From NCBI GenBank assembly GCA_000004985.1, contig GG738861.1: a stretch of 64,000 nucleotides of DNA; one strand, written 5' to 3'. Shown here in pieces: positions 33,301-42,275 of this stretch. Origin of the DNA: Naegleria gruberi. Its lineage: Eukaryota. Each line of letters opens with the position of its first letter. Position 1 is the stretch's first letter. A model generated the notes under the pieces. That model ran no database searches. It saw only the letters and a program-made list of their open reading frames with translations, and was not told the origin of the DNA. The translations under genes and the position numbers were made by a program.

Positions 33301-33526
33301 AGTGCCAAAGAACATTACCATGGAAGAATATGATGAATTGGCAGAACACTACTCTGAATTTTCTGGTGGAAATATTGAAAATTGCATCTTTAGGGCTTGT
33401 TCTAGAACTGCATTTTCCTCAAATCCAAATCTTTCTTTTAAATTGTTGAGAGAAAGTGCTGAGGAAGAATTGAAAAATTGTGGCTTGTTTATTAGTCAAG
33501 CAGCTAAATCATCTCTGTATTTTTAA
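30329..33526 (+). CDS. Tandem AAA+ ATPase of 1065 aa. It has a ~550-aa N-terminal region of unknown function, a canonical AAA module, and a second AAA-like module with a degenerate P-loop.
   Basis: AAA1 has Walker A IVIMFYGESGTGKTMMANALANHL and Walker B LLFFDECESFF. Sensor-1/SRH is ILATNKQYELDEAMHRRITLAIEF. AAA2 has TCLIVGHGTGIGKSLCAEVIS (GxxGxGKS with His in the GPP position) and ILVLEMSTDD. The C-terminus has ...LIRRFKFVLNLPSPSL.... An acidic EDGNEEDLEDIEIDDDEIERE tract lies in the N-terminal region. Confidence 0.75.
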   Translation: MQPFEQCKILEVFLPDPINQFLTKEKKNSDRDEKFELLHDHELLQIIEYYFVVSLKREDIKNQLETSLLSTMISSLSGGSENQTQNMVKILESFAAVSQFFLEIIKKQYDGYAGVDTSDMLPEEIPRLIRLAKYLELKDCKEFIAFSYIFTCQSSNLLAEVVLSRSSKNNSGMSNIMTIATMSIIAEMSTLETLSFLSPNREHIQQGIIIIDSGFRDSLSVNILKMPRECINALVKCPLTPEEFLKIDKTKLADVLLEESTFELPGIKSVTKQKGLESSEDGNEEDLEDIEIDDDEIERELALLENGKEGTTDNNFNVYEFIQKDKSDPKAIVPPKKPLTSNIEVSNSEDFLSPYKNDIEYLDDRFKYLCQKIRLRNVELDKMSEENEDAGFKITRDRSHESIIRELKGKCRLLLNKIEKRSEQTKNNFIPRLEKLAAIRGLDEFEKWILTMSAATIICLEVTMAANATNHRANFSRGFTVGYLLWILCDDLEQRMACRSYFYKKSKLILDGMIRLSDKMSDDLMECYVDMDRRMLDYLCNMDFEFSQVVEGSHLFFPKVKLENVVLPDSQKSLIVDTVANYERFKKARLQLGFEDIISYGNSIVIMFYGESGTGKTMMANALANHLNQKLLLVNFSNMTEQKGEVMKYVFRESKINNALLFFDECESFFESRKRSNSDVTALLTEIEKFDGLIILATNKQYELDEAMHRRITLAIEFKAPDPLLRRQIWEKHIPPQANFANVDWESLSQDFELTGGLIKNAILSALTFAISRDSENPVITHNDLVKACQLQLKGHLKMGEFEKKIIPKRGLPDLILSESLKNQVKEVIQFEKSRKILFNLWGFDSSLFKKQGTTCLIVGHGTGIGKSLCAEVISYEIGKAMKVVDINELLTKYSFHTTKNVEALFKECKELDAILVLEMSTDDSSGNQFDKSIKILLNHLEHYEGAVIVITSSLTCLDSSLIRRFKFVLNLPSPSLTERKQMWQRLIPEKVPKNITMEEYDELAEHYSEFSGGNIENCIFRACSRTAFSSNPNLSFKLLRESAEEELKNCGLFISQAAKSSLYF

Positions 33527-33949
33527 ATGTAGATAATACATATTGGTAAATGCAAGATATTTATTGATTCAGTTTTTTGTAAAGCTCAATACAACGATTC
33601 TTAGAAAGATTCTTTTTTGCATTGGATTTACTAGAATGTAGAGTATTAATCAGAACTTTTAAGAGACCTCTCAGCAATTTTTGCTGTTAGTTTCCAATTC
33701 TCCATTCTTGGACCTTCTTTTGGAAGGATTCTTGATTTTGCAAAGTTTCGGATACAAGTTTTGTGTTGAAGAGAAATATCCACACGAAACAATAGAAAAA
33801 AACTTCTCACATTCTTCTACCATTCTCTAGGTATTTGTCACTTCTTTCAATTTTATCGAGTAGAAAGAGTTGCACACTAAACTTGTAATCCAATTTCCAA
33901 TTTTGAACCCGAGTAAGAAGTTTCACACAATTTTATTCGAAACAAGAAA

Positions 33950-36113
33950 ATGATGACCAATCACACCAGCAAGAAGGATGAATCATCCATTGTGTTTAGT
34001 GGATTCCTTCAACAGAAAGAGGGAAGTTTATTTAATCGATGGAAAAAGTAAGTAATAGCATTGCATTGTTTTTAACATTGTTGACGAATTGATTGGACGA
34101 AATGTGTAATATAGATATTGGTTTGTGTTGACAAAAGATGGAAAATTATTCAAATTTAAAAAACAAACAGAAAAGTTTACTCTCAATTGGAATGATAGTT
34201 CTCATCAACCAATTCAAGAATACATTCTCTCTCCGAATGATGATGTGGAAAATCAAAAATGTGAAATTCAAAGTGCAAAGAATATTTGTGGAAAGAATTA
34301 TAGTATGGCATTGACACTCTTCAATGGCAAGACCAATAATTCAATTCTATTAATGTTAATTGCTGAAAATCAATTGGAATATGAAGAGTGGTTTAATGTA
34401 TTTTACAAAATGATTCATTCTTCGGAAAATTCAAATTCAAATTCTCAACAAGTTAATCAAGTTGATAAGGAATATGAACAAATGAATGGGTTATTGAATG
34501 CAATTTTGGATGCTGCTGTCATTTCTGATACTTTGGGAACTATGTTAGCTGTCAATGAATCCATGACAAGTGTTTTTGGATATACGAAAGAGGAAATGAT
34601 TGGACAAAATGTTAAAATACTAATGCCATCTCATTTGGCAAGAATACACGATGAATATTTGCAAAGATATCTGAGGAGAAGAGATAAGAGATTAATTGGA
34701 AAATCTAGAAATGTTTTGGGAAAGAAATCTAATGGTGTGACATTTCCAGTTGAGATTTCACTTGGAGAAATGTCAAATACCTCAATGGAATCTATGAAAC
34801 CAGCTTATATTGCTGTGTTTAGAAGCAAGACATTCGAATCTTCTTTGGAAGAAAAGGAGCCAACCATGCACAAGTCATGGACAGTAGCTGCATTCCAAGA
34901 TGAAGATGAAAAGTCAACCGATTCAGAATCCAGTCAATCCAGTCAATCAAATTCATCTTGTTCCAATATTGCAGATGATCATACCTATTTGGATTATGAC
35001 GATCCAGATGTGCCCTATCAGCATCATGTCCAACAAGATTCTTGGCTTAATCATAGAACTTCTCTCAACTTGCAATTCGGCCACTTGATGAATCAACATC
35101 CTCAACAGCAGCAGCAGCATTGGTATCATGCAGAGAATCATTCACCACTCTCTAGTAGCCCCTCTTCTAATACTTCCTCAACCAGTTCAGTAACAAGCAA
35201 TGAAGATGTCTCTGATCCATTCCACGTATCTGGCATGGCTAGTAGTAATATGATATTGAAGAATTTACAATTTTCTGACTTTTCCAATTATGAATTGCAA
35301 CAAAATTTGACTAGAATAAGACTGAATAAGAAGAGGATGAAACAACAGGGAGATCATTTGAAGAGTTTGATGGATGAAATTCTCAATAGTGAATTTTCCT
35401 CTCTTCGAGTGAAGCTCATGCTCATGAAACATCAAGTCCAAGTGTTGGAAGAGGAAAATCAAGTTTTACAAAAACAAATGGACAATCAATATGAAACTTT
35501 ATTGATGAAAGAGCTAGAGTCGGGAATTTTAGAGAATGGTAATCCAGACAGCTATTTTTGGAAGAAACTAATCAAGGATAAGAATGTGTTTGAAGAATTG
35601 AAACGAATTGCGAAAGAGGAAAGACAATTGAGTCTGATTCAATTCCTGAGCAGAAGCATCAAATATGAAGAAGTATTCTCCGTTCAAAATTCCTCCAAAG
35701 AAGAACAGAAAAGTGTTCAAAGATTTATGAGAAATGAAGCAGAGGCCATTTGTGAAAAATTCTTTGGTATAAAGCCAGTTATAGACAATCAAGAGGCAGA
35801 TCAACACCACTCAATGATGCACTCTCAGTCCATGTCCACCATTGATGAATCTGAAAATGGTGGCCACAACAGTGGTAATAACAAATCTCATTCATCACGC
35901 AAACAAAGCATCATTCCAATTGCTCGCATCATGCTCTCCTCCAAGTGTGAAGACATTCTCAAATCCCACCTCCTATTCCCAACTCCCCAAATGTTCGATA
36001 TGGCTAACAGGGAAATTACTGAGCGATTGAAAAAAAAGACCTTTCAACAATATCTCATCACGGCCAAACAGGACCAACTCCAGATGGACAATCTCATTGA
36101 TACAATCCTCTGA
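33950..36113 (+). CDS. PH-domain + PAS-domain protein with a C-terminal coiled coil. Two exons with an intron at about 34048..34114.
   Basis: Exon 1 encodes MMTNHTSKKDESSIVFSGFLQQKEGSLFNRWKK before a GTAAGT donor. Exon 2 continues YWFVLTKDGKLFKFKKQ...ENQLEYEEWFNVFYKMI, a PH fold. Then a PAS-like block follows: LNAILDAAVISDTLGTMLAVNESMTSVFGYTKEEMIGQNVKILMP...FPVEISL. After that come a poly-Q/His-rich linker, coiled coil, and a C-terminal conserved region. Confidence 0.65.
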
Positions 36114-36218
36114 GGGAGTCAAGAGCCATGAATCACTCAAACTCACACATTTCTGAACGTTACTGCTTGCTCTCTCTCATACACACATGACAAAGACCAA
36201 CGTTGTCTGCATTTACTG

Positions 36219-36234
36219 CACACACACACACACA
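36219..36234. repeat. (CA)n dinucleotide microsatellite of about 8 units, in the 5' region of the PH-domain gene.
   Basis: ...ctgcacacacacacacacagaag... read directly from the sequence. Confidence 0.7.
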
Positions 36235-36285
36235 GAAGAAGTAGTTGCAGTTGTTCGTAAGGAATTTTTTCATCTTTTGAAAAAA

Positions 36286-37380
36286 ATGAGTGTCTTTTCC
36301 TCAACACCACCCTTAATGGGGGCGACCTCAACAGTTGAGAAACCTCAAGAAGAGTTATCACTGATAGAGTTTATAGAGTCGGATGAGAGTTTGGATGCAG
36401 ATTTGGGAGAGATGGATCCATTGCTAGTAATTGATTTTCTTGTGGAACAAAATAAAAAGCTTTGGAATGAAAAGATAAAGTTTGAGAATGTAAGTCTTTT
36501 TAAATGTTATTGATGATGTATTGATTATTTATGTAATGAATTCGATAATTTCGGATCACAATAGTATGCCCTCTCTTTGAATCACTCTTTGGAGACTTCC
36601 GAACAAAAGTTGAAAAAGTTAGGAAGATACAAGAAGGCTCTCCTTCAAGAACAAGAAGAAAAGGAAAAGTACAAGAACAAATGTGAGGACCTCGAGAAGG
36701 ATTTGAAAAAGAATTCCTCAATGAGAGAAGCCTCAACAAATTCACTCTCCCTATCAGTGGAACAATTGCAAAGTACCGTTGCTCAATTACAATTAAAAGC
36801 ACAGCAGTCGGAGAGTGAACGAAGGAAGATTTCATTGTTTGCTGCTAAAGCAAAAACAAAAATTAAGGAAGTCAAGCTTGATCATAAGAATTTGAAAACT
36901 GATGTTAAAATGGTTACTAATCGATTCCTTGATGATTTCCAATCTCTTTCGACTCAATTACAAAAGCAAGTTAGTACACATTGCGAACTTGCTGAGGATC
37001 AATACTATAAGTTGGAACAAAAGTTCAGTAACTTTATGAAAGACAGCGAAGATCAAGTTAGAGAAACTGCTGGTTACCTCTTGAAGGTTGGTAAGACTGT
37101 TAAATCTTGGAAGAGAAGATGGTTTGTCTTTAGAAGAGATTTAACATTTAGTTATTTCAAAACTGTAGAAGATGTTAAACCATTAGACACTGTTGATGTA
37201 TCTATGGAAGATTCATTGGATGTTTCTGCTGATATTTCTCAAGGAAAACCATTTGCATTCAAGCTTGTAACCACAAATCGAACATATTTCCTCTGTGCCA
37301 CTAATGAGGACGAAAAGAGAAGGTGGATCTCAGTATTAAGGAGATGGTTCGAAGTTAATAAGTCTTACTTGGACAAATAA
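36286..37380 (+). CDS. Coiled-coil protein with a C-terminal PH domain. Two exons with an intron at about 36490..36564.
   Basis: Exon 1 encodes MSVFSSTPPLMGATSTVEKPQEE...KLWNEKIKFEN before a GTAAGT donor. After a cacaatag acceptor the reading continues YALSLNHSLETSEQKLKKLGRYKKALLQEQEEKEKYK..., which is coiled coil. The C-terminal GYLLKVGKTVKSWKRRWFVFRRDLTFSYFK...FAFKLVTTNRTYFLCATNEDEKRRWISVL is a PH domain. Confidence 0.6.
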
Positions 37381-38129
37381 GAAAATTGTAGCTATTTCAA
37401 TAATATTCTCAACGCACTCCACATTTTGTAAATAAATCCATTATTACTTCACTGCGATTCATAGCTTCGGTTGCTGAAGAATCAATTGTTTAAAAGCTAT
37501 TTCTATTATTGTTCCTGATCCATTTCTACTGTTTTTAATGGCTATTCTATGGTCATTGCTGTTTAGTTTGATTTGAGAATCCATCATGGAGAATGCAAGT
37601 AGTTCAGCAGGTACGGAAATTGATACGCACATTCAATTGACTGAATATAAAACTGCTCGCAAATCTCTTTAAAAAATCCTTACTAACATAGTCATACACA
37701 TTCAACGATCCTTTTCAACAACAACGTTTCATCTCAAATTCTGAAAAACGCCAAATAACATCAATTTGAACTGTTTATCATCATCAGAATAAGACCACGG
37801 TGATCATCCTTCTTTTCTAACACTAAAAAAAAGAATCATCTTGGCTGTTTGATATTCATTTCCGTCCATCGCAACTTCCAAAAAAAGTTTCATAGACTAA
37901 AAAACCATTCAGCACACAGGACTCCATCATCATCACAACAACAAACCATCATCCTGTGTTTTGTCAAACAACGAGCGATATTGCATCGAAAGTTTATTCT
38001 TTAGAATATTTAAACCTCCTCTCTCTCAAATACAAAAGAGATTGCAAAAAACGACATTATAGACAAGTGTGTTATATTGTCCTACTCTATCAGTAGATAA
38101 TAATAATACAATTTAGATAAGATATCATC

Positions 38130-40496
38130 ATGATGAATAGTACAACATCAACAACAACAACAAGCTCTCTGGGTGAATATTCGGAGCAAAAATCCACTAC
38201 TACTAACCATCATCATCACTCCATTCCCTTCTCAATGCCAAATATTGTGAATAATACCTTCCATACTAATTTTGAAGCTTCTCTGTTACCTTTTACTTTT
38301 GCTCCTCCCCCAAGTAGATTCTTCTCTTTGCTTCATCATGATTCTGATGATGATCGTCGTCACCATCCCTATGAAGATAATCAGTATAACCAAAAACCAT
38401 CAAAAGTAATTATAACCAATAATAATGCAAGTGTTCATCAACAACAGACAATTGCAAACAACAATACTACTACTACTACTAATAGTGGTTGTTCAAATTG
38501 TTCCTCCTCATCCTCACATTCATGTTCTAACAATTTGCAGCAACAACAACAACAGCAATTATCATCATCAGTTAGTAACAATGTTTTTGTTCCTAACCAA
38601 TGCTCTTCCTCCTATAATTATAATTCATCGACATGTAACAATAATTCGGATAGTATTAGTAGTCAAAGAAAACGATCATCATCCTCAGCCAGTAATAAGA
38701 CTAATACCTCCTCTACCACAACAAAATCCCAACAAGAACAAATTGTAAATAAGAATCAGGAATTACTCGACGCTCCTGCTAGTGTACTCTTGTTGGAGCC
38801 TCCTTCATTATCTACCATTATTGACGATCATCACCCAACCATTCCAACCTCTGCCTATTACTTGAAGAAACAAGAAGAAGAAGAATATGGACCAAATAAT
38901 AATCCATCACTGCTGACTACTTCTCCAAAACATGCTCTTGATTTCAAGAAGAGAAGTTTCTCGCATGAAGCTGAAGAAATTAGTGTTGAAAATTGTGATG
39001 AGAGTGTTTGTTTAACGTGTGGATGCGAAGAGGATAAGGTTGAAGCCGAATTGAGATTACAAGATAAATTGGAGAGAAAAAGTCACAAGAGACGTATGGA
39101 AGGAAGTGATGAGGATGAACAAATGTCAGACGATAATACTTCTTCAACCACTGATAATTCTACCAAGAAGAGAAAAATGTTGTCAAAAGTGGAAAATTTG
39201 GAAGCACTGTCAAGTGTTTTACATCAACTAGAGCCAGATTGTGTTTTACATATTTTCGAATTTTTGAGTTTTTCTGGTAAGGACTATTGGTTTACTGATA
39301 TCAGAAATATGTATGGTAGATTTAGGTATAATAACCAAATTCTGCCATTATTCAAATTTGTTACAATTGAGCAACATAGTCCTTTAACTCTAGATGAAAC
39401 TAATAACCATGGAGCAATTAATTGCAACATCCAAAGCCTTACAATAGAAAGAAGAACAAACCAACCATTGGAATGTGAAACTGGTTATCTGAAAAAGCTT
39501 GGAAATGCTCTTAAAACATTTATTTATTACAACAGAAGTACTAATTTATCTAAAAATGTCTCTAATCTTGCCATCTCAATGATGTCTGACGAACAGAATG
39601 GAAAACCTAATCAAACTGATGTAATGGGTTATCTGTCCTCGGAAGATGAAGTTGATTTATCAAGCTTTGAGCTTATCGAAGACGAGAATAGTCACGTTAT
39701 TGGTTTGAAGAGAAGAGCTCGATCTGAGGGATCTTGCTTTTTGAGAGAAGTTTATAGAAATTGTAGAGTTTTGGAAAAACTGAAGATTGTCGATATTAAG
39801 GGATACGTTCCTTTCAAAGTATCCATGAGACCTGGAACTAATAGACCAGTCGATTGTTTAGCATTCACCAATACTCTTACGAAGATAAGATTGTATAATT
39901 GTATGCTTCCTAATCACACTTTGCAAGCTATATCTAAAATGGTCAATTTGAAGAGTTTGCACTTTGAAAAGATATTTGTGAGTGATCCAAATCAATATGA
40001 TGTACTATTGAAATTGCGTAATTTGGAAGTTTTGAAGATTGAAGTCTCTGAACTCCCACTAACAGTATTGAGAAACCTTCCTACTAGTTTGTCCAAGTTA
40101 ACAAAACTCTATATTAATGTCCTTTCTAATGGTAGCTTCGATGAGAATCTCAGAGTTGATCAGTTAAAGGAACTCAGATACCTGGCGTTGGTGAGCCACT
40201 TTAAAGTTGACTTATTGTCAATAATGAGAAATTGTCAAAAGTTGAAACATTTACATTTAGGATTTGATGTTTGCTTTAATCACATATTCCCTAATGAAAG
40301 ACTTGCTAGCTGTATTTTGAGAAATGTCTTCATTTCTCCAGACAGATCCAAAGTACTCATCCAAAACAACACCCTAGTCAACTTACAACTTTCCCCAGCA
40401 AGTATCAGAGCCGCACAAAAAGAGCTTACCTTTATCAAACAACAACGACAAGCCCTTGGTAAACCAACTCTTTCCATAACAGAGTTTTCACAGTAA
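38130..40496 (+). CDS. Low-complexity S/T/N/Q-rich protein with a C-terminal leucine-rich-repeat region and a possible F-box-like segment.
   Basis: The N-terminal ~300 aa are homopolymeric: TTTT, HHHH, QQQQQQ and Ser runs. The middle has LEPDCVLHIFEFLSFSGKDYWFTDI, which is F-box-like. The C-terminus has leucine-rich repeats (LKSLHFEKIFVSDPNQYDVLLKLRNLEVLKIEVSELPLTVLRNLPTSLSKLTKLYINVL...). Confidence 0.45.
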   Translation: MMNSTTSTTTTSSLGEYSEQKSTTTNHHHHSIPFSMPNIVNNTFHTNFEASLLPFTFAPPPSRFFSLLHHDSDDDRRHHPYEDNQYNQKPSKVIITNNNASVHQQQTIANNNTTTTTNSGCSNCSSSSSHSCSNNLQQQQQQQLSSSVSNNVFVPNQCSSSYNYNSSTCNNNSDSISSQRKRSSSSASNKTNTSSTTTKSQQEQIVNKNQELLDAPASVLLLEPPSLSTIIDDHHPTIPTSAYYLKKQEEEEYGPNNNPSLLTTSPKHALDFKKRSFSHEAEEISVENCDESVCLTCGCEEDKVEAELRLQDKLERKSHKRRMEGSDEDEQMSDDNTSSTTDNSTKKRKMLSKVENLEALSSVLHQLEPDCVLHIFEFLSFSGKDYWFTDIRNMYGRFRYNNQILPLFKFVTIEQHSPLTLDETNNHGAINCNIQSLTIERRTNQPLECETGYLKKLGNALKTFIYYNRSTNLSKNVSNLAISMMSDEQNGKPNQTDVMGYLSSEDEVDLSSFELIEDENSHVIGLKRRARSEGSCFLREVYRNCRVLEKLKIVDIKGYVPFKVSMRPGTNRPVDCLAFTNTLTKIRLYNCMLPNHTLQAISKMVNLKSLHFEKIFVSDPNQYDVLLKLRNLEVLKIEVSELPLTVLRNLPTSLSKLTKLYINVLSNGSFDENLRVDQLKELRYLALVSHFKVDLLSIMRNCQKLKHLHLGFDVCFNHIFPNERLASCILRNVFISPDRSKVLIQNNTLVNLQLSPASIRAAQKELTFIKQQRQALGKPTLSITEFSQ

Positions 40497-40606
40497 TAAA
40501 CCATAAGCTTCTTATGAATCTAAATTGAACTATACTGTTTTCGAATTGAATAGTATTCACTTCACCTTCAATTACAATAAGAAAAAAATTCTGCAACTCC
40601 ACAAGC

Positions 40607-42184
40607 ATGAAGAGAGTCTATCCATTTGGCGACGAAGAAATTACTCGAACACAACAGCAAAGAAATCTTCAACAGCAGGAAAAATCAACTGCCAATGATT
40701 CAGGTTGTTGTTGTGTTGAGAATCAAACTGTGAAACGACAAAAACAATCGGCCTTCTTTCCAATCACTCAAAACTTTGTGAACATTCCCGATGATGTGCT
40801 AACACATGTATTCTTGCATTTCTTTGATATTTATTGGTTGTTTTCTGTGGGAAGATTGATATGTAAGGAGTGGAATGAACTGATCACCAAACAGATGGAT
40901 CGACTCGAGTTGGATTTGTGTTTCTCTGGTGATGAAATTTCAGAATCATTTGTTGATTGTGTGAAGAGTGGATCATTCTCTTGTTGTGTCTCTGATTTGA
41001 CCTTGTTACAAATTGAGGAGCCAGTCTATGTGATTAATCATCGTAATAGAAAAGCTAAGGATTTCAAGGATGTGATGAGGGGAGAAATTAATAGACAAAC
41101 AAAAAAGATTTCAACTGTTGCCTTGGTCTATTATTTCAATAATGTGGAATATTTGAATTTGAGATCGAATAGGATTGGAGTGGATGGAGCTTCAATGATG
41201 GGAAGTTTTACTTTGAAAAAATTGCAGGTTTTGGATTTGAGTGGTTCACACGAAGCTCCAAATATTGGAAAGGAAGGTTTTTTACAATTGACTAGTAACA
41301 TGGATTGGTCAAATTTTCCCAATTTGACAAGATTATCATTAGCTCAGAATAGATTGGATGCAGAAAGTATGATTTCATTGATTGCGTGTGAGACATTCCC
41401 ACGACTGAAAGCTCTGGATCTATTTGGAAACAAACTCGACAATGATGCAATCGAATGGTTGGTGGCTTCAGAAAGAGTTTTATCAAATTTGACCGAATTG
41501 AATATTGGTTACAATGAATATTTTGAGGAGGCAACCCATTTTATTGCCAACTGCCCATTCCTTAAAAATCTTGTCATTTTAAATATGGCAGGGAAGGTTT
41601 CATATCGTCATGGAGCTAAAAGTATTGGTGATAATGGTGTGAATACACTATTCAATTCAGATTATTTGGAAAATTTGACAAGTATTAATTTGAGTAATAA
41701 CAATGTGAGTGATGAGGGAGCAAAGAATATCTACAAATCAAACAAACTCAAGAATTTAACAAAGATCAATTTGAATAGTAATGTATTAACCTCAAGAGGA
41801 GCATCCTATTTGGCTCAGTCAAAATGCTTGGAAAAATTGAATTTTCTATTCCTTTCGTTTAATATGATTGAATCTTATGGGTGTAAGGTCATTTGTCAAC
41901 ATTTGAAGAATTTGAAAGAACTTTATTTAAGAGGGAATAGAATTCACAATTTGGGAGCTAAAGAAATATCTGAGAGTGTAAACTTGAAAAATATTGAAAT
42001 TCTTGATATTTCACTTAATAGATTTGGAGTTGAGGGTCTTCTACATCTTTCAACAAGCAAAATCTTGCCATCTGAAATTAAAACAGAATTTCAAGATCGT
42101 CTTTCCTTAATCTCTGGCGAATTTGTGGAAGACATTTACTCGGTAGAAGAAGAAAACCCCTCCATCATTGAAATTGAACATTAG
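40607..42184 (+). CDS. F-box protein with RNI-type leucine-rich repeats.
   Basis: F-box IPDDVLTHVFLHFFDIYWLFSVGRLICKEWNELI. About ten RNI/LRR_RI-like repeats follow: NLTELNIGYNE..., NLTSINLSNNNVSDEGAKNI..., LTKINLNSNVLTSRGASYLA..., LKELYLRGNRIHNLGAKEI.... Confidence 0.65.
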   Translation: MKRVYPFGDEEITRTQQQRNLQQQEKSTANDSGCCCVENQTVKRQKQSAFFPITQNFVNIPDDVLTHVFLHFFDIYWLFSVGRLICKEWNELITKQMDRLELDLCFSGDEISESFVDCVKSGSFSCCVSDLTLLQIEEPVYVINHRNRKAKDFKDVMRGEINRQTKKISTVALVYYFNNVEYLNLRSNRIGVDGASMMGSFTLKKLQVLDLSGSHEAPNIGKEGFLQLTSNMDWSNFPNLTRLSLAQNRLDAESMISLIACETFPRLKALDLFGNKLDNDAIEWLVASERVLSNLTELNIGYNEYFEEATHFIANCPFLKNLVILNMAGKVSYRHGAKSIGDNGVNTLFNSDYLENLTSINLSNNNVSDEGAKNIYKSNKLKNLTKINLNSNVLTSRGASYLAQSKCLEKLNFLFLSFNMIESYGCKVICQHLKNLKELYLRGNRIHNLGAKEISESVNLKNIEILDISLNRFGVEGLLHLSTSKILPSEIKTEFQDRLSLISGEFVEDIYSVEEENPSIIEIEH

Positions 42185-42275
42185 AAAGAGAAACATTACT
42201 TTTCTGTGCCTGATTCATTTGTACGAAATGTTAACTTCGGATTGAGAAGTTGCGGCCATTCACCATACTCAAAAA

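Noticed and set aside
36143-36513. Small overlapping ORFs 36143..36361 (-) and 36187..36513 (+).
   Set aside because: Only the portion from the ATG at 36286 is real. It is exon 1 of the coiled-coil/PH gene. The rest is 5' UTR or antisense noise and includes a (CA)n microsatellite.
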